Shown here in pieces: positions 1-12,866 of a DNA stretch of 64,000 nt. The notes below the pieces were generated by a model, which was given only the letters and a program-made list of their open reading frames with translations, was not told the DNA's origin and did no database searches. The stretch's first letter is position 1, and each line of letters begins with the position of its first letter. Source of the DNA: Eledone cirrhosa (taxonomy: Eukaryota); NCBI GenBank assembly GCA_964016885.1, contig OZ024741.1, forward strand, positions 228,036,001 through 228,100,000, in the 5' to 3' direction. The position numbers and the translations under genes are program-made.

Positions 1-133
1 TTTATGGTTACATTTTGAAAGTCGCTTGGCTCAAAGAATAACTGTTATGTATTTACATACATATGTATGTGTGTGTGTTTCTTTCTCTGTTTCTTGTGGT
101 TTTACATAAACGTGTAGATATATGCAATACTGC

Positions 134-195
<62 letters not shown>
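134..195. repeat. (TAC)n microsatellite
   Basis: Direct trinucleotide run; explains the poly-Y/poly-S ORFs. Confidence 0.95.
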
Positions 196-196
<1 letters not shown>

Positions 197-349
197 GGGT
201 TTGATTTCGGCTTTTGATACTTTCGGAGTCCGTAAAGTATCGAATCAGATAAAGTGATGAGATTTTTTCGACTACTCACTTACCTTCCCTACATTTCATG
301 CCTTTGAGACAGAACTAGAAATAATGATTATAATTGTTATTATTATTAT

Positions 350-620
350 TTTGCCATATAGAGTTATGGCCCTTTATGATCTGAGTTCAAATCCCGTCGG
401 GGTTAGCTTAGCCTTTCATCCTTACGGGGTCGATAAAATATAGCATTAGTAAGGTCGATTTAATCCACTTTCCCTTCCTCCCAAAGTGCTGGCCTTGTGC
501 TTAAAGTAGAAACAATTATTATTATTGTAAAGTACCAGTAATGCATTGGCGTCTATTTAATACACTTCCCTCCGCAAAAAAATTGTTGGCCTTGTGCCTA
601 AATTCGAAACCATTATTATT
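350..620 (+). mobile_element. tRNA-derived SINE (Meta/MESC-like core), one 5'-truncated copy plus a 3' fragment
   Basis: B-box GAGTTCAAATCC, core GCCTTTCATCCTTACGGGGTCGATAAAA, 3' GGCCTTGTGC..AGAAAC(ATT)n. Confidence 0.8.
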
Positions 621-1051
621 TTAATTACTTTTGGGTTAACCAGTTTAGTATCAGTAATATATGGAGTTTGATTAAGTTGCGCTTCATCTTCTTTGATGCA
701 ACACGTAAATTATGTTGACAAGGGAGCATTAAGTTTATTGTTGTTATTATTAAGTAAAATGGCAGTAACAGTGCTGCGGAGATATCTGTCCTGGCATGAT
801 GGTGAGGTGAAGTTCAAATCCCACTGTGTCCGATTTTCATTTTTTTTTTCCAATGGTAGATAAAACATATTAGTTAAATTCATGAACCTATACAATCTAC
901 AAAACCCTTCACTCTAGTAGACATTTGTCGATGTTGCATATACTTAGGGCGTTAGGTTGGCAGAGTCATTAGACCGCCGGACACAGAGGCTTAGCAGTAT
1001 TAGTTACGGCTTTTACTCAAATGCCATCAAGGTCAATTTTGTTCTGGATCT

Positions 1052-1052
<1 letters not shown>

Positions 1053-1092
<40 letters not shown>

Positions 1093-1326
1093 CGTGTGTG
1101 TGTGTTAGTGTATATTCTATGTATATATACTTATACATATATATCTATATGTATATATATACATATATATTTATGTACATATATAATTATATGTGTATAT
1201 ATATATATATATAAAAATATATATGTATATGTATGTATATGTGTATATGTGTATATATATATGTATATGTGTATCTATAATTACATATATATATATATAT
1301 ATGTATATATATGAATATGTATGTAT

Positions 1327-1361
<35 letters not shown>

Positions 1362-1456
1362 CATATATGTACATATATATATATGTGTGTGTGTGTATAT
1401 ATGTATATATATATTTGGGGCACCGCGGTCAGGTTTTTACCTCTCTCTCTCTTTCC

Positions 1457-1518
<62 letters not shown>
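1053..1518. repeat. (TA)n/(TG)n/(CT)n compound microsatellite
   Basis: Direct reading. Confidence 0.95.
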
Positions 1519-1520
<2 letters not shown>

Positions 1521-2426
1521 GTAAAACTTAGAAAGAGAAACGAAAAAGGTAGAAAAGTAATGTTGAAACATTTAAAAAAAAATATTAAAAGTTATGTAGT
1601 AGTGAAATGTAAAAGCCGTTTGAAACGATATACCTTTACTCTCTTTATAATTATTATTGCTATAATTTTAATGTTGTGACAATAAAATCCGGAGTAAGTT
1701 AGGCTGGGGGAACACAAATGACTAAAAGAAAATAAATAAGTTTAAAGCTATAGAGAGCAAAATCGAGTGGGGCTGATCGCTATTAGTAAGAGCTGGCAGA
1801 GAATCAGCTGTAGATATTGAGCAAAAATAGTATTCAAATTGTAAATAAAAATAACAACTTTATTAAAATATATAAAAATTATGTTTTTATGATTTTACTA
1901 TCATTTCACATTTATTTATAAATGTTTTCTAAAGTTTTAGTTACATATATAGATATACTTACATTACACTTTCATGGGATTGTTACTGCATTACCACGTA
2001 TGCAGTGTCTTTTGGGGATGTAGAATTGTGCTTGTATACTAAATAATCGACTGTTCCCTCCCACAGAAGTTCCTTAAGTGGTTTTTTGGAGGGGTGGGAG
2101 GCTATTGTATTAAAAGAATTATGTATAAGAGGCGAACATTACCTAGTTGTAGTATATTCTGCATGTTGGGTGTATGTGTATAATTCTTGAGACATCCTAA
2201 GAAATATGTGTGTGATATGTTCCTGTATGTTGTGTATATATGCAAGTTCTGTGGTTTAAGGTTATGTGTTTGTCTGAATGCCTTTCTTTAATTATTCAAA
2301 AGCCAATATTATGAGGTTTATAGGGAATGTGTTTATTTTCAGTTCCAATATTTGGATTATCTCTGTTTCCAAATTTCTGTTTGGATAATTTCCTTGAGAG
2401 ATACATCATCGTCTATTGGGAATGAT

Positions 2427-2625
<199 letters not shown>

Positions 2626-3204
2626 CCATGTGTACCGTCATAATATTTTCCTACCTACCTAACTGTCTTACATACCTTTCAACACTGAAAAGACGGGATA
2701 GCGTTGGTGGGCAGGAGAAAACCCTCCCAAACCTGCCCTGTTACATTACTTCCAATGCAATAAACTGGGCTGTTCGGATGGGTAATTACTGTGAGGCCCT
2801 CCAACATATACGTAGGTGTGTATCTGACTGAAATGGTCAACTGATTACATGCGTGTAACAGATCGGTTCAATGAGATCTAACCAGAGATTACACCACGAA
2901 CAACAAACAAAATGTAATCAACAACAGCTATCTCTTCAGTGTGGTTAACTACCCCATGATTCCAATCAATATCCAGAATTTTCTGCCAATCTGGCCATCA
3001 TTTATACTTGTCTATAAAAGTTACTAACGACAATCTCATGTGTGTGAGTCTGTATAGGCCAGTTCTATATATAAATATATCTATATACACATATGTATTC
3101 ATATACATGTATATACGCATATATATACGTTCATATGAATACACACACACACCACACACATATATATGTATATATATATGTATGTATATATATGTATATA
3201 TACA

Positions 3205-3307
<103 letters not shown>

Positions 3308-3343
3308 GTATATATATGCGTGTGTGTTTGTGTATGTGTCAGG

Positions 3344-3443
3344 TAGAAATGACTTCTACAAGCCTAAAACTCTTTCGTTCATTTGAAATCATCAGGAATC
3401 ATGATGATTCAAACGAATGAAACAGTTCTAGAAATCATTTCTA
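3344..3443. mobile_element. Mini fold-back PLE relic with degenerate hammerhead cores, related to 27850-27972
   Basis: TAGAAATGA...TCATTTCTA inverted ends; centre TCATCAGG-AAT-CATGATGA; shares GAATGAAACAGTTCTAG and the downstream ATGTATTGAGTAC with the 27.9 kb copy. Confidence 0.55.
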
Positions 3444-3595
3444 TATGAAATAAAAATGTATTTTCTTTACTAATGTATTGAGTACTTTATTTAATTATTT
3501 TTTCTTCCCTATCTCCTTCGGAAAATCAATCAATACATATATATACATATATACATATACACATATATACAAGTATATAGCTAATAAATATATAT

Positions 3596-3671
<76 letters not shown>

Positions 3672-3824
3672 AAGTTCTAATGAGTTGATAATTCAACAGT
3701 ATAAAGGCTAAGAAAATTTAAAGCTCAATATAATTTTATAGTCCACAACAAGATAGGTAATAAACAGTCCAAAGTTTAATCGAATCACAGTGGTATTATA
3801 ATTTGACTGAGCATATCTGTAAAA

Positions 3825-5172
3825 AACGAAAGTTTAGTCTATGACGTTATTAAAACAACTCGCTAGACTAACGGGAACGAAGAGTTCAGGCCTGTAAAAT
3901 TCAGAGTCAATTAAATACAAATAATTTACCTTACGTATATATATATACCTGTGGGAGAAATAAGCGAAATTGTATATAATATCGTTTAAATATAGTAGGG
4001 AAGACGTTAAAATTATGGAAGCCTAACATAGTAATTATAAAATATAAATAATAAAATGTTTACGTTCAGTAACTCTAAATATTTCAATAACAATTATAAA
4101 TCGTTACAAAAAGGATAACATACACTAAAATAAATCTAGATTTATATAATGGGAATTATAAAGTCTATTATCACTTCATAAATGAAATTCTGAAAAAATA
4201 ATTTAGAATATTCTAAAAGAAGGTTAAAAATTATGGAAGCATAAAACAGTAATAAGAATATCTTTAATTAAAATAAATGTTTAATGACTAAGAAATTTCA
4301 CTGACTAAATAATATCAGTACTAAGGAGATAATCTACATTAAAAATAAGGGTCGGAATATAACCTAGATGCGATTTCAATTATGTGATAAATAGGAGTGT
4401 GTGCATGAATTAAAAATTAGGGTTCATTAAAATTTGTAGTTAAAAAGGGGGTAACAGATGTAAATTTTACAAGATAATATAAATGTAGGGCGTAAATGAT
4501 ACAACTTTTCTAAATGTTAATAAAAAAAAAATACTAAAAGAAAGGTTTAATGGATATAATTAATCTGGCTCGAAACTTGTATACAAGAAAGAATAAAACG
4601 GATTATTTTATTTCTTTTAAATTGACGAAGATAACTTTTGAAATCTTCGGGTAGACAAAGATTGCATATAGTTCCACCCTTTCCATGGGAGAATTTTATG
4701 CTATCGCTTTTTAAACGCCAAATTAATATAGTTAAAGAAGTCGACTTATTTGTTAATTTTTCATTCTTAAACGAATTTAAATAGAAATAAAAGCGAACTT
4801 TGTTAGCCGAAACTCTAGATATTCTACGAGATATATTATTAATAATAGATTTGGAATGGTTCGAATTCTTATGTACATAATATAGAAATCCTCCAAGTTT
4901 ATGATATGGTCTAAATATTTCAGTACCCAAATCTAGTGTGATATCCAAGAAATTGACATAACTTACTATTAGTGCCAATGGTTATAACTAAGTTATAGAT
5001 TTTAAAGAATTTTTTACAAGTGTTTCCTAACGTTCTCAAGCTCAGAATTATTAAGATCTCTCTGATGAGCTATTCTTAATAGAATGACCTCCTCATTCTA
5101 TTAACCTAGCGAAGCATTCGTAAGTCCAATAAATGTTTTAATAAGTATCCTTATCTAAACTTTCGTTCTGTA
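3825..5172 (-). pseudogene. Degraded Penelope-like element (RT thumb remnant) with an inverted short 3' copy at its 5' side
   Basis: ORF 4547-4978 has VNFLDITLDL..FRPYHK..YVHKNSNH..SIINNISRRIS and CNLCL, typical PLE RT/C-terminal motifs. 5135-5170 is the reverse complement of ~3825-3860. Confidence 0.65.
5060..5124 (+). ncRNA. Type I hammerhead ribozyme motif (A15.1>G, probably inactivated)
   Basis: CTGATGA-GCTA..TTAATAGAATGA/TCATTCTATTAA..TAGC-GAAGC-ATTC-GTA. Confidence 0.55.
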
Positions 5173-5954
5173 TATATATATATATATATTTACGCGTCTC
5201 AAAATTTTCCCTCCTATATTTTCTCTCAAAACATATTATAAGCCTATATTCATTCCATATTTCTTTCACAATTGGATCCATTTGGACACTAAAGTCTTAT
5301 TATATTGAAGCTTGTTTATCTGTTTTTGTTCTTTCTACCCTTAATTGCAAATAAAATTTAAAATTAATTGATGTATATTTTACTATTGACAATTACATAT
5401 TAAGGATATTAAAATTTCAAAACCAGATATAAATTTTAATTGTATATACATATATATATATATATATAAATATATATATGTATATATATACATATATATA
5501 TATACTTATATATATATATATGTATATATATATATGTATATATATATGCATTTTATATATATATGTGTGTTTGCGTGTATGTGTACGTGTGTATATGTGT
5601 ATGCATATATGTATTTGTAATTATATATGTGTGTGTGTATATATATGCATATACCAGCGTGTCTGTTGGTGTATCTGTGTGTCTGTGCCTCTATATGTAT
5701 ATGGTAATTTCTCATAAAACTATCTTTTATCCGGAAGTACGATACCATACATAATCTGTTTCTCTTTACTAACCGCCTTAAACACATTTATCTCCCCTTT
5801 CCTCTCTACCTGCATATTACAATTTCTTCTTTCCAATATATTTCATATATTTATTTCTTACATTTTCCAGGGCAATTTTATTAATATTTCTCTCCATTGA
5901 TTTTTTTTTCAAAATAAAGCATATTTATTATAATTAATTTTATTTATTGATCGA

Positions 5955-6800
5955 TCAAGGTTAACTTTGCCTTTCATCCTTCCGGGGACGATAAAATGAA
6001 GTACCAGTCAGGTAGTGAGACTCTGGTTTTATGACTGTAAAACTTCCCCTGCATAAATGTGTGGCTTAAGTTGTGCCTATCTTATTAATAGTTATTGTTA
6101 ATATTATCATGGTGTTGAGTGACGGAATGTAAAGAGTGTCGGACTAGATATCTTACGATATATTAGTTACGTTACTTTGCATTCTGAATTTGTAAAAAAA
6201 AACACTCTGGACTCCACTTCGTTTTTATCCATCTGCATGATCGATAAATAAATTATCAATCAAGTACTTGTTCCGTATAATGGACTAAACTCCTCTCCCA
6301 ACATTTCTGGCTTTGTGCCTATGTTAGAAATTATTAAGGGTTTTAGATCAGCAGAATCGTCAGTGTTGCACAACATGCTTTGCGGCGTTTAATTACAACC
6401 CTTTGCATTTTGAGTTAAAAACACACTGGAGTCGACTTTGCCTTTTATCCATCCGGGGAATCGATAAATAAAGTACCAGTTAAGTACTGGGGTCGATATA
6501 ATCGACTGTTCTCTACCCCCCCCCCCCCTCAAAAAACATTTCTGGTCTTGTGACTACTTAAGATATCAGATAGGGTGGTAGACCGGCAGATTCGTTAGAG
6601 CGCTTGACAAAATACGTTGCGGTATTTTGTTTGAGCCTTATATATTCTGAGATCAAATCCCGCCAAGGTCAACTTTGCCTTTCATCCTTCTGTGGTTGAT
6701 AAAATAAAGTACCTGTCAAATACTGGGTCGATATAATCGATTGTTGCCTAGCCCCAATATTTCTGGCCTTGTACCTACGTACGAAATTATTATTATTTTT
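5955..6800 (+). mobile_element. Cluster of ~4 diverged SINE copies
   Basis: Repeated ACTTTGCCTTTCATCC..GATAAA..AAGTACCAGT..GGCCTTGTGC motifs. Confidence 0.8.
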
Positions 6801-6802
6801 TT

Positions 6803-6838
6803 TTTTTTCTTAATGTCAGCCCTTGTGGCCAATAAAGA

Positions 6839-6910
<72 letters not shown>
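6803..6910 (+). mobile_element. Extreme 3' stub of Tx1-like family B with (TTA)n tail
   Basis: CTTAATGTCAGCCCTTGTGGCCAATAAAGAA matches the reverse complement of 34635-34670, followed by (TTA)n. Confidence 0.75.
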
Positions 6911-7740
6911 CTTCGATAATATTCCTCTATATTACAAAACTGGCAATCTATTTCAAATGATGTCATTTTTAAGCGGAAAAAAATTTTTTTTCGTGTTTTG
7001 TTTGTGATTTTTTTTTTTAATTTTCCCTTTTTTATGGAATTATCTTTTCTCAATCAAGTACAAATTAAAATTTCTAATTAAAGACAAAAAATTCAAAATA
7101 AATAAACAAACAAATGAACATCAAAACTCCGTATTCAAATATTTATTGTTATTTTATGTCTTTTTTTCTATTCTATTCTATTCTACTTGCATTTTGATAT
7201 TACAAAAGGTTATTTATTGTGTTGTTGGTTTATATATATATACCAGGAGAAACACTCTCCTCGGTGTCATCTAGTTTATATATCATCTCATCTTTTTATA
7301 TGTAGGACGACATTGTCTAGTGTGTGGTTTTCTAACATTTAAAAATCAACGCAATTTTTTAATAGTGAAATATGAAAGGTAAACTAAAATAATTAATTAG
7401 AAAACTTTTAGACATTCATAAGAAACACCGAAATAAATAGTGAAACTACTTCAAAACACATGATAACTTTTAAATATTCATAAGAAAAATTGTGAGCAAT
7501 ATTTTCTTCCGTTTCTTTAAAAGAAATTCCTTTAAAATATTGCCATGACAACGAAACTTATACTGGCGAACGGAAGTGATAATGCAGAAATTAAAAGTTT
7601 AAAGATGGAAACAAGAATTAAAAGATATGATATAATATGTGGTGCAAAATGTACATCAAAAGCAATATTTTATTCAAATACATTAAATTTAGATAGAGTT
7701 TTAAGATTATCGTTTTTTGATTGGTCCAATAGGTTACAAA

Positions 7741-7810
<70 letters not shown>

Positions 7811-7879
7811 ATATATATATATATATGTATGTATGTATATATGCATATATATGTATATATATATATATGTATATATATA

Positions 7880-7967
<88 letters not shown>

Positions 7968-7974
<7 letters not shown>

Positions 7975-8533
7975 CGTAGTTTAGAAAGCCACAACAATGC
8001 AGAGGGAAATCTCGAGGTAGGAAGTGAATGATAGATAGGAGAAATAGGAGAAAGTGAAAATTGAGAGAGACAAAGATGAAAACAAAACAAAGGTAGAAGG
8101 GTTACCGTAGTGGAGATTTAATCCCAATATTTCGGGCTCACGCCCATCAACGGGGGAAAGTTCCAAAGGGGGGGGGGGGGAACAGGCTAAGCCGGAGAAA
8201 GTTGTGATGTCGTTAAAACAGGAATGCCGTTATAATAACGGCATTCCTGTTTTAACGACATCACAACTTTCTCCGGCTTAGCCTGTTCCCCTCCTTTTGG
8301 AACTTTCCCCCGTTGATGGGCGTGAGCCCGAAATATTGGGATTAAATCTCCACTACGGTAACCCTTCTACCTTTGTTTTGTTTTCATCTTTGTCTCTCTC
8401 AATTTTCACTTTCTCCTATTTCTCCTATCTATCATTCACTTCCTACCTCGAGATTTCCCTCTGCATTGTTGTGGCTTTCTAAACTACGTATTTTACACAT
8501 TTCACAATGCTTCAAGCAAACTTTAACACCCTC
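7968..8533 (+). mobile_element. Fold-back solo 3' end (pLTR) of the PLE family at 9906-15918
   Basis: Palindrome centred on 8234 with ~265 bp arms, plus unpaired 38-nt tail 8496-8533, embedded in (TA)n; homologous to 15615-15918. Confidence 0.9.
8306..8341 (+). ncRNA. Minimal type I hammerhead-like motif, variant core (mirror copy 8122-8157 on minus)
   Basis: TCCC-CCGTTGA-T-GGGC GTGA GCCC-GAAA-TA-TT-GGGA. Confidence 0.6.
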
Positions 8534-8760
8534 ATATATATATATATATATTTATATATATATGTAGATAAATCTACCAAGAGTTTACGGTAGTGTCCAA
8601 TCCGTATGAAGAACTCAATGTAATCCGGATATCATGGAAAGAAGAGATGCAATGAAAAATCACTTTCGGTGAAAGATAAACGGAATACAGAGTCAAGATA
8701 AAATATTAAAAAAATAATGAATAAAACAATGAAACAGTTCCTTATATTAAACAAAAAAAG

Positions 8761-8914
8761 TTCATTATTTAACGATCGTTTCTAAGATATATATGTGTTA
8801 GAATTGGCATGCATATTCAACAGATCTATGTACAAAATTATACAAAATTATACAAACTATCAAAATTAAATATACATACCAACACATATATATGCCGTCT
8901 TCAGAAATAATGAA
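8761..8914 (-). ncRNA. Type I hammerhead ribozyme with long stem II
   Basis: Minus strand: TTCATTATTT-CTGAAGA-...ATATATATGTGTTG/TAACACATATATAT...-GAAAC-GATC-GTT-AAATAATGAA; 10-bp stem I and canonical core. Confidence 0.7.
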
Positions 8915-9505
8915 ATATATTTATTGATAATAACAACAATTCAAAATTACAGGTCTGTTTGGGAACAGAGTTCAAATTGACCAATGAAAATACGAAAAGT
9001 TTATACAGTTAGGTGTGTGTATATATGTAAGTAACTTCGTTCACAGATATGCATAAAAATATATGTTCACATGCATACGCATGCCGAAAAGATGTATGTA
9101 AATACAAAAATTCAAGGCTAATGTCTCTGTATGTCTATAATCTACAGATAAAATACGTATACGCATATAAACATATAAATATAAAAAAATCTAAAAAAAT
9201 AAATATATACACACACATTCATATACTCACACATATACGTACATTCACACACACACGCGCGTATACGCATAAACATACACACAACCACGAACATACATAC
9301 ACACATATATGTGTATATACTATTATCATAAGCATATGGACATTAATGCGCGCACATAAACACTGCCACACATATTTAGATCCAGATACAGAAAGTAGGT
9401 GGGGGGAGAAGAGGTCAGTATTTAGCGGTGTCAGCAAACTGCCTATTTATAAATGTATCTATAAATTTAGAAATAAAAAGAAAAAGAAAAAAGAAGTATA
9501 TTAAG

Positions 9506-9573
<68 letters not shown>

Positions 9574-9610
9574 AACAAGTAAAATATAAAATATACATCG
9601 ATATACATAC

Positions 9611-9669
<59 letters not shown>

Positions 9670-9845
9670 CATATACATACATATACATACACATATACAT
9701 AAACACATACATACACATACATATACATACACACACCATATAAATACACATACACATACACACACGCATACATATAGAGACACATACATATACACATATA
9801 AATACATAGACATATACACATATACACACATATATATATATAAAC

Positions 9846-9879
<34 letters not shown>

Positions 9880-10705
9880 TCACAACACACATATATATAT
9901 ATATATAAAAATACGTATTTAAGAAAGCCACAACAATGCAAAGGGAAATCTCGAGGTAGGAAGTGAAATATAGATAGGAAAAACAGGTGAAAGTGAAAGT
10001 TGAGAGAGACAAAGATGAAAACAAAACAAAGGTAGAAAGGGTTACCGTAGTAGAGATTTTAATCCCAATATTTCGGGCTCACGCCCATCAACGGGGGAAA
10101 AGTTCCAAAAGGGGGGAAAACAGGCCAAGCGGAGAAAGTGTTGGTGTCGTTAAGACAGGAATGCCGTTATGGGGAGAAAATATTTAAAATTTAAACGAGG
10201 GAGAGAATGCGCGTGCGCGTGATAAGCTGTGGCAAAAGCTACTGACCAAATGGGTTAAATCAAGAGGGTGCGTTAGCGTGTGAAAGCCTTAAGATATGTG
10301 TATGTAAATATATATGTGTGTGTGACTGTGTGTGTATAGGTGTAAGTGTGTATATGTGTGAGTGTGTGTGTGTGTGAAAGATAGTGGGCTGTAGAAGTTG
10401 GAAATCAAAGGGTGTGAAAGGTGGTAGGTTGTAAAATATGTGTGCGTGTATAAATATAGAAGTGTGTGTGTGTAAGCGTATGGGTATACATGTGTGTGTG
10501 TAACTGTGTATGTATATGTGTGAGTGCGTTTGTGTGTGAAAGATAGTGGGCTGTAGAAGCTGGAAATCAAAGGGTGTGAAAGGTGGTAGGTTGTAAAAAC
10601 ATGTGTGCGTGTAAAATATAGAAGTGTGTGTGCATGCGTATGGGTATGCATATACGTGCGTGTGTGTGAATATAACAGGCCGTAGGCTGTGAATGGTCAT
10701 TATGG

Positions 10706-12866
10706 TTAAATTAGCCATGTCAGCTCATTTCTCTCAGCCCGGTTGTTAAGTGGGGGTCTGAGGTTCTTAATAACAAGTGCTTCCTTTATCCTTAAGGATC
10801 CGATGCTGCGTTCAGTCGCTAGGACTGTGACCAAGGGTCTACCCTGTGGGTTTCCGCATTTGAGGATATGTTTACGGAAGGAAGATGCGTTGGTGTTGAT
10901 ATGTTCCTTGATACGAACATGTAGGGGTCGGATGGTGCTACCTATGTAAAACTTGTTACATTTATCGCATTGAATCTTATATACGACATAGGTGCGTAGG
11001 CAATCTGCCCCCCGTATCGGGCAGTTGCTGAGGGAACAAGTCCTATCTGCCTCGTAGGGTTTGTTGGAGAGGCATCTTCGCAGCGAAGGTCCTGTGTGGG
11101 CCAAATGTATGTCAAGTCCCTCCGTACGTATGGCCCTGCGGATGGCGTTCGTGGTACATTCACTCAGGTGGGGGATTTTAAAGAAGCACCTGCTAATATT
11201 AAGTTTTCTAGTGGGTGTCGGTCTACTGGGTCTGGGGTCTCTAATTCCGTTAATCAGTCGCTTGGGATAACCATTAGATCTGAGTAGATTACGGAATTGC
11301 GTGGTATGGGTGAGACCACCCATCGGGTCGCTGCATCTGTTAGTGATCCGTGTCAGTTCATTTAGGACATAGCCTCTCTTAGCGTTGTTGGGGAGGGCTG
11401 AGTTATAATGCACAAATAGGTCCTTGCACGCTGCTTTGCGGTAGAAAGTGGTGTTTATGTCTCCATGTTCCGAGATGTTGATACGGAAGTCGAGGAGGGC
11501 GAGTGACCCGTCTTCTCCCGGGTGTTCGATGGTGAAATCGATGTGTTGGTCCGTATCGTTGAAGATTTGGTGAATTTCATTCGCCATCTCCCGGGAAGAA
11601 GTAAGTATCAGGATATCATCAACGTATCTGGAGTAGAAGGCGACGGCGTTGGGTTGGCAGGTATTGAGTGCCTTGCGCTCCAGGTGGTCCATGTACGAGA
11701 TCGCAAGTATGCCGGACAGACTAGAGCCCATAGGTAGCCCAGAGATTTGTTTGTACGTGTGGCCAAGGAAATTGAAGAGTGCATTATCCACAACGAAGGA
11801 GAGGAGTTGGTGGATGTCCGTGTGTGTGAGTCCGAAGCAGTGTAGGTTAGATGCTCGGACTCGTTCGGTCAACAGGTCGACAGCTGGGGATGCTGGTACG
11901 GAGGTATAAAGGGAGACCACATCAAGACTGAAGGCATAACCGTTGTCCTTTCTGGTGTTGGGCGCCAGATGGTGTAGTCGCTCCAAGACTTCCATTGAGC
12001 TGCAGACGTGGGCTGGTAGTGTGTGTAGAATAGGTTTCAGTAGTGTGGAGAGCAGCCACGATATTTTATAGAGTGGGCCCTCCACGCTAGAGACAATGGG
12101 CCTGATTTTCAAATCGGGTCCTTGTTTATGTGTTTTGACCAGGTGGTAGAAGGTGGGTAATTTGCTGTTTCGAGTCATTATGTTGTTTTTTACCTTCTTT
12201 GGCAGTTTTCGTTGGACACAGATGTTAGTCCATATGGTGTTAATGCCTTCCTCGATTAGAGTCGAGGAGGTCCCTGTGACTTTGGAGTAGAGGCTGTGGT
12301 CATTAAGATGTTGGAGAGCTAAGTTGTTGTAGGTCTCTCTCGAGATGACACAGAATTCTTTCCCCTTGTCAGAGGGAAGGTACACAAGGTTCCTGGATCT
12401 TAGGTTGGTGAGAGTATTAAATTGTGCATTGGTGAGGTTGCGTTTGTTGTGTGTGTGTGTGTGTTGGGAAAGGATGTTAGAGATAGAATGTTTCAACCTG
12501 AGTAGTTTAGTGTCAAGTTCGTGGTTGGTGGGTGGGGGGTGGAGTGGGTTGTCGAGGTGATACGTGGGGAGTGTGGGGTGGGTTGTGGGGTTGTAATCGA
12601 TCTCGGTGTTGTTTTGGATGGCGGTTAGCCATTTCAGTTGATAAGCTGTCCGACAGAAATTGGTTTCGATGTCGAGTTTCAGTCTATCATCGAGACGCTG
12701 TGTAATGATGAACTTGGGTCCGAGGCGCAGAAGTTCGAGTTCGTCGTTGGTGAGGGTACCGGTTAAGTCGGTAACGAGGTGTGAAGTATCGTTGGTAGGT
12801 AGATCGATGTTGGGGGGTGTAGCGGAGGGTGTTGTACAGCTGTTGCCCCTGGTGTGGTTGTAGTCG
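10706..12866 (-). CDS. PLE reverse transcriptase-GIY-YIG ORF, inverted arm (the N-terminal ~21 aa of the 741-aa call come from the spacer and opposite arm)
   Basis: Identical to the plus-strand ORF from DYNHTRG onward. Confidence 0.85.

Noticed and set aside
7545-7745. Possible host first exon (GCCATG, 67 open codons)
   Set aside because: No recognisable homology or strong donor; runs into a microsatellite.
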